A stretch of 63,490 nucleotides of DNA, the filler included, from Choristocarpus tenellus KU-1152 (lineage: Eukaryota > Protista > Phaeophyceae): assembly GCA_964200185.2 (NCBI GenBank). It is 13 parts of 13 records of this genome, joined end to end, with 100 filler letters (N's around TTAATTAATTAA, not from the genome) between each part and the next. Parts side by side here need not be neighbours in the genome. Positions count along the whole stretch, not along the records: positions 34,268 to 41,895 come from CAXNAD020005846.1; positions 41,996 to 45,196 come from CAXNAD020021589.1; positions 45,297 to 48,266 come from CAXNAD020023268.1; positions 48,367 to 57,453 come from CAXNAD020003998.1; 9 more parts are not named here. One strand, 5' to 3'. This document shows, one piece after another, positions 40,334-52,000 of the stretch. Positions within the stretch are counted from its first letter, which is position 1, and each line of letters begins with the position of its first letter. Under the pieces are notes generated by a model, which did no database searches, had not been told where the DNA came from, and saw only the letters and a list, made by a program, of their open reading frames with translations. Both the position numbers and the translations under genes were made by a program.

Positions 40334-41850
40334 CATATATTGTATTATATTATATTATATACTACAGTATCGACACAAGTCTAACCCTAACCCTAACCCT
40401 AACCCTACTTAGCAATAAATTGCCGCATTAAGGTACACCACCCCCCGCACAACACACTTCCATGTAAAAAAAAATGACAAATAGAGGTACACGTGCCTGT
40501 ATTGTTACCCTGTTCAATGACAGGGGGAAGAATCCCAACACCAGCAGGCGATCCCAAGTATCCACAGAGAGCTGAGAGTCTTCGTCCCAAGTGCTTAAAT
40601 CTGTTACAAAAAATAAAATTAAAAAAAGATCATAAATAAAAAATATATGATGGTGTGTCACACGGCCGTGACGACTTTCAACTCCGTAAGAAAATTCTTT
40701 CAACTCCATGAGAAAATTCTCAAAAGATTACAGAATATTCCATAATTAGTCAACAGCCTACCCTAGAACAGACACCTTGAAAAATACATATATATATAAA
40801 CACGCATATACACACAATTATATTAATATTTATATTTAAGATGGTCGAGACTCTTCTTACGAGACTAAAAGAAAAAAAGAAAATGTTGAGAAATTGTGAC
40901 TTGAAATAGAAACACCTGAAAATGCGTACAGGTAGACAGTATATATATATATATAAATAAAAAAGCCTTCAATAATACTACAAAGGCCTTCCATCGGGAT
41001 ACGCTCCCCTTCAAAATCTGCACCCTAAACCCTAACCAACCACAGCTATAGTAAAAAAAAATTATATACTCATTCAGAATTTTTTTTAATTAGAAACGAA
41101 CATCTCACCTGGCCCACTGCTCGCAGAATGGCATCGCCTCCACATAGTCGGGGAGACAGTTACACATCTTGAAAAATTAAAATGAGAACAAAACACAAAA
41201 AGATACAAATAAAACAAATGAGGTTCGGAAGTGGGGAATAATATTTTTCAAAAATAAGGTGACATAGTTCTCAGTTCAGGGACATACCCGATCGGTCAAC
41301 AGAAGGAGAAAAAAAAAATAACATTGAACAAAAAAAAACATGTAATTTTGCCACATACTCGGGGAGAGCTTGTTCTACAGCATCCCTAACCCTAACCCTA
41401 AAATTACCACAAATTCAACACAGTCCTCCTAACCCTAACCCTTTACGGAACAGTCACCGTATCTACCCAAATAATAAAAAATATTACATTAGTATAAAAC
41501 TATAGTAATATACAACACATACATACACATAAATAAATACATTCATACATATATACATACACACATAATACATTAATAATCCATACATACATACATATAC
41601 ACATACATATACATACACACATAATACACACACACACATACATATATGCATACATTCATACATACATCAAAAAAAAAATTACATTCCACTACAGAGGTGG
41701 TGTAGTAACACAATGGCAACAACCACAGCAACTCACCTCAGACTCCGACCCCAGCATCTTGTGTAGAAGAGCAGCTGTGGCAGCGGTAGGGGCGGTCTCA
41801 TCTAATGTCTCCAGTTCCTTGATGCACTTCTCAAAGTCAACCTTGGTCGC
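34773..41850 (-). CDS. Multi-exon gene fragment, unknown protein
   Basis: GC-richer exons with AG/GT ends in AT-rich introns: 41850-41737 (ATKVDFEKCIKELETL..), 41167-41109, 40600-40509, 37413-37330 (ALEEEKEVEVVE..), 36060-35975, 34829-34773. Phases chain correctly within each group of three. Further exons are possible near 39.7 and 38.5 kb. Confidence 0.65.
37668..37810. repeat. 29-bp minisatellite x5 (intronic)
   Basis: ATCGATAAAAGCTGGTTGATAACTATGAT units. Confidence 0.92.
39192..39343. repeat. ~29-bp minisatellite x5 (intronic)
   Basis: CAAAAAAAGGTACAGAAGATTATAGATTGT units. Confidence 0.9.
40068..40250. repeat. 60-bp minisatellite x~3 (intronic)
   Basis: GGACATGGGACAGATAYAATCCACAGCAGACATGGTCTAGGACATGCAAGAGAGTTACGA units. 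Confidence 0.92.
40381..40407. repeat. Interstitial telomere-like (CCCTAA)4
   Basis: CTAACCCTAACCCTAACCCTAACCCTA; shorter runs at ~34435, 36655, 41385, 41430, 44045 and 48928. Confidence 0.8.
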
Positions 41851-42293
41851 CTGTGGAACACAGAAAGGTTGTTTTTGCCAATATCATCGGGGGGGNNNNN
41901 NNNNNNNNNNNNNNNNNNNNNNNNNNNNNNNNNNNNNNNTTAATTAATTAANNNNNNNNNNNNNNNNNNNNNNNNNNNNNNNNNNNNNNNNNNNNGGGGG
42001 GGGGGGCTGGGGTAAATAGGATTTCTCCCATAGGTGCGCTGGAGTTTGACATCAAGAGGCGTGATTTTTTTTGTTGTTAGTTTTAGTTTAAGGTGGTTGA
42101 GGCGGCGGGGAGAGGAGAAAGGGGAGAAAAAAATAAATGTGTACTGGAAAGGGGGGGGTGTTGGTGCTGCAAGAAGAAAGGTCGTCGTTTGTAGTTTGAT
42201 TGTTGGTACTCTGTTGTTTGGTTGTTGTTTTGGTTGTGGTCTGGATTAACCCTTTTTTTGCCTTTGCTGTGTCTCTGCGATGTGTGTCTGTCG

Positions 42294-42425
42294 ACTGAAT
42301 GTGATAAAGAGTATGTAAAATAATAAGATATAATATTGAATGTGATAAAGAGTATGTAAAATAATAAGATACGATACTGAATGTGATAAAGAGTATATAA
42401 AATAATAAGATATAACACTGAATGT
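42294..42425. repeat. 41-bp minisatellite x3
   Basis: ACTGAATGTGATAAAGAGTATGTAAAATAATAAGATA.. units. Confidence 0.9.
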
Positions 42426-42604
42426 GGTGCAAAGTATGTAGTAATATATATATATATATATATGGAAGTATCGAGTCCTGTTTCCGGACAACAGCATTTC
42501 TTTTTCAGTTTGGGGCTTTTTTTTTTATTCCTGCCATTTCCACAGTATATACCACAAGAGCAATTTTCCATCTTCGGTGCCATTGGCCTTCTGGACTCTA
42601 CATG

Positions 42605-42638
<34 letters not shown>

Positions 42639-42639
42639 T

Positions 42640-42670
<31 letters not shown>

Positions 42671-42842
42671 CTTTTTTCCTCCCTCCTCCNNNNNNNNNNA
42701 AAACTACAAAAAAAAAAAAAAAAAAAAAAATTAAAATTTTTGGGGTTATTGGGTTTTGGGACACTAAATAATCACCCCCCCCCCCCCCCAACCTGTTTTT
42801 TGTTTCATTTTCTATTTATTTATTTATTCTCCCTCCTTACAG

Positions 42843-43001
42843 GTAACCCCCGAGTCAGACTTCAGCTACGCTAGCTTCGAGACGAATATGAGAATGGCTG
42901 ACTACGATGACCTTGTCAGGGGTGTTCTAAATATATTCAGGCCGCAAAAATTCACGATGACGCTCTTTGCAGAAAAGAGCGGGATGGAGCAGATTAAGCA
43001 G
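42843..43001 (+). CDS. SAMDC: S-adenosylmethionine decarboxylase, internal exon
   Basis: VTPESDFSYASFETN...LVRGVLNIFRPQKFTMTLFA is the eukaryotic AdoMetDC (TIH)VTPE..SYASFE motif; CAG acceptor and GT donor, 159 nt, phase 0. Confidence 0.93.
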
Positions 43002-43669
43002 GTTCGGTTTTTTGTTTTTGTTTGGGGTGGGGCGGGGGCAGGGGGGGGAAAATGGGTTGTGAGGCACACCCGGGTAGGAATCAACAATACGGAATATTTT
43101 AAATAAAGTAACATTTAAAAAAATTAATAATCTGTTGTATAGAAAGTGCTTCATTTTATAATTTTTAAAAATATTCCACCTGTTTTTGTGTTTGTGATAT
43201 ATATAGAGAGAGGTCTCGATTTTCTATTTTTATTTTATTTTTCAAATTGTTCTGATTTTTAAAATACATTTATTGAAATATTTTATTTTGAGTTTGAATG
43301 TTTTTATTTTTTGGGGGGAGGGGGGGGGTGTTTGGGGGCAGGGTACTAAATAAAATATAAAATTGTTGAGTATCGGTGGAATGAATAGTAAGACTGACTC
43401 GTTTTTACTCACCGCTGTGAAAGAAACAAATAAAGGTACGGAATATCAAGTTGTTTTGATGTCGTGTTGTTGGTATATACCTTGAAATGTCATGTACCGA
43501 TCTGTTGATCCGAAAATTGATTTGTGGGGATCACTGATTTGAATCTTGAAAAAAAAAATCGTCGGCCCAAGAATTTTTGTTTTGTTTTTGTTTTTGTTTT
43601 CTGTAGTTATCTTTGTACTGTGGTTTTGGGTGTAGGGTTGGAGGTGGAGTTTGTAGAAGGTGAAACGGC

Positions 43670-43958
43670 GTTTGTGTTGTGGGTTAAGGGTTAAGGGTTA
43701 GGGCTACGTTGTGTGTGCTTGGGCTTGAAGGATGGTGTTGGTTTGTGTTGTGGGTTAAGGGTTAGGGCTGCGTTGTGTGTGCTTGGGCTTGAAGGATGGT
43801 GTTGGTTTGTGTTGTGGGTTAAGGGTTAGGGCTGCGTTGTGTGTGTTTGTGCTTGAAGGATGGTGTTGGTTTGTGTTGTGGGTTAAGGGTTAGGGCTGCG
43901 TTGTGTGTGTTCGGGCTTGTGTGTGTGTTTGTGCTTGAAGGATGGTGTTGGTTTGTGC
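43670..43958. repeat. ~64-bp minisatellite x~4.5 containing TTAAGGGTTAGGG
   Basis: GTTTGTGTTGTGGGTTAAGGGTTAGGGCTGCGTTGTGTGTGCTTGGGCTTGAAGGATGGTGTTG units. Confidence 0.9.
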
Positions 43959-45312
43959 GTGTGACTGATGAGGAGGAGGGAGAGTGTGTGTAGGTGGGGC
44001 TAGGTCTTTTTTTTGTTGTTGTTGGGAGAATTGTTTCGGTGATGTTAGGGTTAGGGCTAGGTCTATGTTTTGTGTATTATGTGGTACTCTGAAATAGTAT
44101 ATGCTGTGTACATTTTGTTGTGATTTTTCTAACAAGTGATGTTTAAGGACTTTTCACCGGACCTTCAAATTGCAAAATGGACCTGTCCACCGGCTGGACC
44201 AGTCCCAAAATTCCTAACATAAATCATATCCCGGTCCATGTCTGCTGGCCGGACCATGTTTTGTACATGTTGTACTAGAACACAGTGGCTAAGTTATGAA
44301 AAATGTGTACATGTCAGAGGTTTAAGTTAAACTCGTAAGTGCTCTTTCGAACCATCCTCATGTTTGACTTTCTTGGTTCAAACATCATGAAGAACATGTA
44401 GTGAGGATGTCAATATATATATATATATATATATGTGTGCGTGTGTGGATTACTATTTTTTTCACACTTTACCCTTGATACATGAGTGTAAGAATACATC
44501 CTTAGGTCACAAATCACCTCAGTCGCCCTAACACTAAGCACACGATGGCGTATTTGTATGTATATATATATACATAAACACACACACACACACACACATT
44601 ATACTGTAAGATAGTACTCGAGTGCCAAAGATAAATAAATTAATAAAGAAGTGTAAGTGAAATAAATTACCTGGCCGGCCATAGATAGAGAAGTGTTCGG
44701 ACATATGGCTGAGCCCTTGACTGTTGACTGTTTCAACATGTTGACATATGGCCTCGTACAGACCCAAAGTCGCACGGCCCGACAGTGGACGCGCTATCAC
44801 CCCTGTTTAAAACATGCCTAGTGAAGAGCCCTGTTTAAAACATGCTCTCTGGTGTGATTCAAACGACGCTGTATCTAAAGAAAGGGTAGTAACACCTGCC
44901 ATGTAATTTTTTTTTTTGTTCTTGTTTTTGTGGTGCACATTGAATCGATTCTCGCTATGGTACTGGTCCCCGTTTCGAGCCGGACACCCTTCTATCTTGA
45001 AGTGAAGGGTGTCCCACGATAGGGGGGGAGGGACCAAGGAGGGGGATGAAGGAGAAAAAAAGAAAGAAAAATAATAATAATCAGCTCAAATAAAATTAAA
45101 AATTAAAAAAAACAATGAGATATCAAGAGAGAACAAGAAAGTGTATCGTTCAGCAGGCGGTGATCAGTTTGCGTTTGCCCTGGTCTGCTCGGGCGGNNNN
45201 NNNNNNNNNNNNNNNNNNNNNNNNNNNNNNNNNNNNNNNNTTAATTAATTAANNNNNNNNNNNNNNNNNNNNNNNNNNNNNNNNNNNNNNNNNNNNGCAT
45301 GACCCCTTACAG

Positions 45313-46470
45313 CCATACAAGGTTGTGACAGTGTGGCTTTATGAGGGAGAGGAGCTGGACGTACCCTGGCGGGCGCTCGGAGATCTCGTCTTTGAGATGG
45401 GAGCGTTGTCTGTATCCATCAACGGTCAAGGGGAGAGGGAAGGTGCCGGCGGGGCAAGGTTGTCATTCATCATCCCTGGGGGGACAGAATCGAATATCCT
45501 CATTGAGGCTGCGTGTGGCCTGCTGGATACACCAGAGAGTTGCTACGGTAATTGTTTGACTGCAGTGGGATGGGGAGTCAGAGTTGGGCAACGTTATGAT
45601 AGGCTGAGCTAGAGGAATATGACAGAGAGATGGAGGAGAGGGTATCGATTGTGTTGCTGTGAAGGGTGTGTTACACACACCTGTCATTTTGAACTAAAGC
45701 ATGTCAAGTGTAGTGCTTCCAATAGGTGATTTATGTGTTAATGTGCACATCCTATTGGTCCATTTTGAAATTTCACCTTGACGATTCTTCCCCCCGTGGC
45801 CACTGCCACCATCTTCCCTGTTTCCGCTCTGTGGCGATCTAGAGTCGATTTCATTCCTTTGAACAATCCCTTCAGTGAAAAGGTTATCCCAGGTCATTCA
45901 CCCCCCTCTCAAACTATAAAAAGGTGTTGGGGCTCGATTTGACCAAAACCAGAATGTGATCCAACGTGCGTACACTCGCCTCTACCCCTTAGACCTGTCG
46001 TGGTTGATGTTACGAGTCAAGAACATTCATGCATGACAGCAAGATTTAAAAAAAAAAACAGTCCAAAAAAATCAGACCAAAAAAATTTCGATGCACTCGA
46101 TTATTTGGCAATCAAATTGTGCATGGAACCCTGTGAGCCCTGCAGCAGGACTCCTCGAGCATAGTGCTCAACACCACGCCCTATTGTTACTATTATTATT
46201 TTTATTAATTTTATTTTTATTATTATTTTGGAGATGTGAGAAAAAAAAAATGAAATTTCTGCTTGATTTTCGATTTCAAAGAATCGCAATGTAGTTGAGC
46301 CGTAGCGATTTATTTGCTGCTCTTCAGAATGCTGGTCATGTTGTAATCAAATTGTAACAATTTGTTTACTACTTTTCATAATACCTGTCATTATGTAAAC
46401 AAATTGTAACGACTCATTTCACTATTTTGCAGATTACTAGTCATCACGAAACAATCACTCCCACCTTCAT

Positions 46471-46535
<65 letters not shown>

Positions 46536-46609
46536 TCTGNNNNNNNNTAAAAAAAAAAATTAAACCCTCTTTTTTTTTTTTTTTGATTAATTAATCACAC
46601 CCAACAAAC

Positions 46610-46648
<39 letters not shown>

Positions 46649-48147
46649 AGCCTCCCTAACATGTGCCTCATGTCATTACCTGTCTCTAGCATCGCTGGAC
46701 TGGGATGAGGACCCAGTGCCATGTTTGGCCAGCTGGGAGGCGTTGGCGGAGGATGCAGGGGAGGAAACTGGCTTTGCAACGATCAGCTGCAAGAAGCTTC
46801 AGGTGGCGAGATACTTTGTGCAGTAGGTATTAATAATTTCTTTTGTGTGATAATGGTATGGCGTGTTCTGGTGGATGGTTTTAACACACAAAATTTTAAT
46901 TTAATTGTTACTATTTATAAAGAGCAGCATCCGTTCTCGTGTGTGGTAATTAAAAAGAAGTGACAGAGAGAAATATGTATGTATATATATTTTAATTAGC
47001 CCTGCTCGTTTTTGTTTTTTTTTCATTTTGCTCCGGAGTGGTTTGTTACTTTTTTTGCTTAATAAGAGCTATTGCTGCAAACGCTACCCAGTTTGTGGGT
47101 ATATTTCCATACACTGCTGCCAACGTTGTCTTGGTGAGCAGGCGTGGTACTTACGGCTGACTTCAAAAAATATATATATATTTTCTATTTTTTAGTAACA
47201 TGCGGAGGCGTACGCTGTTTTGGGTAGAAAAACTAGGGCTGTGTGGTAGTGCACATCAAAATTTCCCCCCACCCCCCCCCCCCCTCCCTTGCACTTACTC
47301 GCCTCACACATTCATGATGGATCGGTAATGCTGAAGTCTGTTGAAGTCGATTGATTTTGTTGGTAAACATTGAAGGATGTGTGTGCGTTGGGATCAGGAC
47401 CAGGGCTGTGAGAGACATCTTGGTGACCATTTCGCAATCACTATTTCCAGATTTCAGGTCTCGACCGTCCCCCATCCCTCCCCCGCCGTTGCCACCATGG
47501 CCGCCAACAGCTCATTCAAGGTTGACGTCTTGCCACATTTACTGCTACATCGAATGTTGTGCATCGCCCCCCCCCCCTCCATAATACTAGCAACTCCCTC
47601 AAGGGCCATATCACCGCTCACTCGACAACCAACAACACCAGATCCGCGTACGTAAATGAATAGTCTTGACGCACGAGTGCGTCGTTTGTGCTCTCAGGGG
47701 AAGGGCAGGCGCCATCCCCGTGGCACCATCACAGCACAAATATCAAATGCTGTGCTGACTGCGCCGCAATAGACTTTTGACAAGTAGGGGTAGAGATGGA
47801 GTGATATCATTCGGCCCTCACTACTCTGTCTATGCACTCACTCACTCACTCACTCTCTCTCTCTCTCTCTCTCTCTTGTTCCTGCAGCAAGCAACACAAA
47901 AACAGCATGTATGAAAAAAAAAACATTTATATATATATATATATATTTAATAATTTACTAATAGTTCTTTAGTCTTAATTTTTATTTGATTTTTGTTTTG
48001 TTTTTTCTCAGGTGGTACCTGTCCAACGGGACCTCGAACTCCCGCCTGGCATGCAACAAGTTCGAGTGTTGGAGGGGGAGGGGTGGGGAAACGGAGAGCA
48101 CCCTACCACCAAGATGTGCCTCGACTTCCTCGAGCAAGCCATCAAAG
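45313..48147 (+). CDS. prmA: PrmA-like (ribosomal protein L11) methyltransferase; exons 45313-45547, 46690-46802, 48012-48147
   Basis: Exon 1 ALGDLVFEMGALSVSI resembles the PrmA N-domain (L...GA.SVS); exon 3 GWGNGEHPTTKMCLDFL matches the FGTGxHxTT.lCL motif. Splice phases 1 and 0 chain correctly. Confidence 0.78.
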
Positions 48148-48176
48148 GTATTGATCCAAGGATTGTAGCTTGTCAA

Positions 48177-48223
<47 letters not shown>

Positions 48224-48824
48224 CCGCTTCCCTTCTCTCCCCCAACTCCCCCACAGCCGTCACCGCNNNNNNNNNNNNNNNNNNNNNNNNNNNNNNNNNN
48301 NNNNNNNNNNTTAATTAATTAANNNNNNNNNNNNNNNNNNNNNNNNNNNNNNNNNNNNNNNNNNNNGTCTTCGGGGGGTTGAAGGGGTGGGTAGTGAGAC
48401 CGCTCGAGATTGGGAATGAATTACTATTTTCATTGTAAACCAATCACAATGCTAGGCTTCGTTCCCCTCCCCCTCCCCACCAATCAGAGCTACTGGGCTG
48501 TGGTGCCATTTTCTCAGGCACACCCACACCTCCTCCACCATTGTGAAGAACCTGGTTGGGGTAGAATAACCCTTTGTGAATTACAAGTTTTTTGTTTTCT
48601 GCAAGTAAATCACATGGACTTTAATTGCATGGAGTAGTGGGTTGGAACAGAAACCATGGCATGCATGAAGGGCTCAAAAGGAAGGAAAGGGAAGTGTGGA
48701 TTGCCAGGAATATTTGTTACTATTTGTTACTATTTGTTACTATTTGTTACTGGAGCACACACGTACATGCAACAGAATAAACAATCGAATCAATTCCTTA
48801 GTTATTTCTCTAACCTCAAATATG

Positions 48825-49089
48825 GACCCAAAACATTTCAGAGGGTAAGACTATTGCCCTGTTTGACTGTTTGGAGCTTGACTTCCAACAGGGTTTTTTA
48901 TGCCCTTTTTCGTTTTGCTGTGAAAACACTAACCCTAACCCTAAAATGTATAGGACTATGAAAGGTGTGTCCGGAGCAAGGATATTGACACTTGCTAACA
49001 AACACGATAGCCGAAATTAATCAAAATCGCAACATTTGGATTTATGATTCCGAAAAGACGCGGCCCTACCCTCTTAAATGCTTTGGGTC
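48825..49089 (-). mobile_element. MITE family B, divergent full copy (265 bp), reverse orientation
   Basis: TIRs GACCCAAAACATTTCAGAGGGTA / TACCCTCTTAAATGCTTTGGGTC; 3-bp TSD ATG. Confidence 0.85.
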
Positions 49090-52000
49090 ATGTTTGGATG
49101 AACTGATCGATAAAAAAAACTGGATGATTAGGGCCCACAACACTTACAACAATGAGGCAAAACCCACAACCATCAAATTTTGAAACATCGCTCAATGTCT
49201 TTATAAGCCCAGCATAGATTGATTTCAAAAGTCCAAACGTAATAGTAGGACTCATAGCACAAAACAGCACTCTCACACAAATAGGAACAAATATGTATGT
49301 GCAACAATGAATCAAGAGAATGACCTTGACCTGTAAGCTCCCCAAATACCCTCTCAGAAAGCTATTCTATCACAGGGGAGGACATCATAGACTATATGGC
49401 GTATTGTGACTGCCTATAGACACATGCACTTCTAGCACTCTCATGTAGACAAACATTGATCTCCTCTTCTGTAGCCAAAGTCTCTCAAGGGATGCTAACT
49501 GCACTTTAGCCATGGAAACAGGGTGTCAGGCAGGAGGTTTAGATTCCTGAATACTCCATAAGGTCTAAGTAGACCCCACTCCAAGATAGGATGGCTCAAC
49601 CTTTAACTAAACCCCATAAAGCGCTAGATTTTAGGATAAGGTTCTGTCCACCACAAGTTCCCACCTTCACCCAACAGCCAGCGTCTGGATGATTATGAAT
49701 GGGCGATTCTGCTCCGGGCCTCCAGCAAAGAATCAATAGGTCAAACCCTGGCGTGGATTCAGCTCCTAGAGCACCTTCCTGAGAAGCAAGCAGTGTCCGT
49801 GTATAGTGCCTGTCCTTTTTTTCTTTTCAATATACGGCACGTATCAAGTATCATGCAAAGAAGAAGAATGGCAAATGGGAGCAAAGCAAAGTAAGTTGCC
49901 ATTGTATATGTTATGCAACTCGCACATCGTACATCAGAGTACTCAACGCTGTATTATGCACATAACAGTCAAGACAAAAATAAACGTAAACACACAAATT
50001 ATATATGGTAAAAACTCTCTCGTCAGAAACATACGTAACATGCTTTACGGTACGTGTTATCATTTTGCGGAGTCACAAAGATTGATCCATTTGCGAAAAG
50101 TGTAATGATTACCAAGGTGTGGAATGCTGTGTGTAGTTTCTCTTATCAGAATATGTATCTACCTTTTTCTGTGGCCAGTTTCACACAAATCACGTAGATT
50201 CTTAGATAATAGGTGTCTTGGATCTGTCCCCTCACCAGCAAACACTATGCTCACATGCAGATACATTTGTTGAAGGACTTTTGTAAATTGAAGCGTATCT
50301 GGACCTCGGGAATGCAAGGTAGGTACGTGAATGGTTGTAGACAGATAGAGATCGCTTTGCTTCTCTAAACCCATAGCACCACACTTACCAAAAACATATG
50401 GCCATCAAATTTGTTTTGTCTCTCTCGAAAAGCAAATGAGTATTTCATGTAATACAGACCTGATATTGAACGGTGTAAAACGAGATTCTCGCGCATCATC
50501 CAGTGGAACCTACTTTTCCAGAATTACAAGAGGTAACTACGTAGTGATTGACCCTTCCTCCATGGGGTAATGAAAGAGCAAGAAGTACTTCTGAATGATG
50601 AAAACATGAACAGTTGAGCAGTCGGGAAACACAGCAGATGAGATGAAACCGCAATGTATTGATCAAGTTTCTTACATATTCACTGCTTGGTGATATCTCA
50701 ATATTCTCATTGTGTAGGGATATACTCTGGTGACCAATTTTCACTCGCGCTTGAAGCTGGCACTCGCGTAGGAGTTCACAATGCCCATAGACGTCTACCA
50801 CACCCCCGCGTGCAGTCCACTAGCTACTGGACCGAATTGTATGCTCACGGTTGTGCCATTGTTACTTCACTTACCAGAGTCCCGACATAGCAATCCTTCC
50901 CATTGTTCCAAAGGAGGAGTCTGTAATCGCCTGTGTATAAATAGTCAATCGGAAAGAGGGTCGGTCACGGACTACGAGGTCAAGACCAAGTGATGCATTG
51001 ATCTGTTGAGTAGCTCGGATGAAATGAGGAGTGGGTGATGTATTCTTATGATAGTGAAAACCTTGTCTCTTATCCAAATTTTCTAGGTTTTGTCCTTCTG
51101 AGCATGGAAGGAGGCCTTTCACCTATATGGCGTAAGGGAGAAATGGTGTCGCCAGTCGTGATGATATATAGTCTTTTAATCTCTCGTCATATTTCTACAC
51201 TGTTGAATTGTGGGATATCCATGCAGCAAAGTCCGTCCATAGTGGAAACGTTTCCATCAATTGATCGTGAGGATCTCCATCATCGATCTCGTTCTCATGA
51301 TTACGTATTTCGGAAGATTAAGGAGTTGCGCTCAAGGGAAGGTGTAGATTATCATTTCGAGTTGTAGTATCCATTACCTTAGGAGACTCTGCACCCGGAA
51401 CCTTCTCCGCAGGGGGGAACCTTCAAAGCACCACAACTCCTCTTTGAGTTTCTCCAGACATTCGTGTAGGTGCAGTGGATTATTACTATCGACAACGCTC
51501 ACTTTTGAATGTTTTTGCTCCGTATTTGCAAGAAGTGGTGGAACCAGCGGCAACAGAACTGAGGACTCAACCCTGGTTGATGATGATCTCACGATAGTGG
51601 AAAACATCGTCGAGAATGGACCGGGATGGAAATTATAGAGCTTAGATGCCATTGTCCAGCCTAGCCGACCTATCCCACCACACCGTGGGGATATCGTTGT
51701 TGTCGCTATCGAAGCCATCCCCAAGGAAGATTTAGCTAGGTAGGCTTGATTGAAAGTTAAGGCGATAGACTGTCTGAATAGATGAAGTGGTGGATGGAGA
51801 CACTAATGTAAAGGTACTTACCAAAAGCAACATCAGCAGGTCAGTGATTGGTCCAAAGGTGGGTTATAAGAGGTTGAAAGCGAATAGTTCAATCCTCAAC
51901 TCCTAAGAACATCAAGGCTCAAGTTACCAAATCGAACAGTTTTCAAAAACTATGGTATAATCTTTCCACCAAATTTCAAATTTCAAGTTGCAATAAGCGA

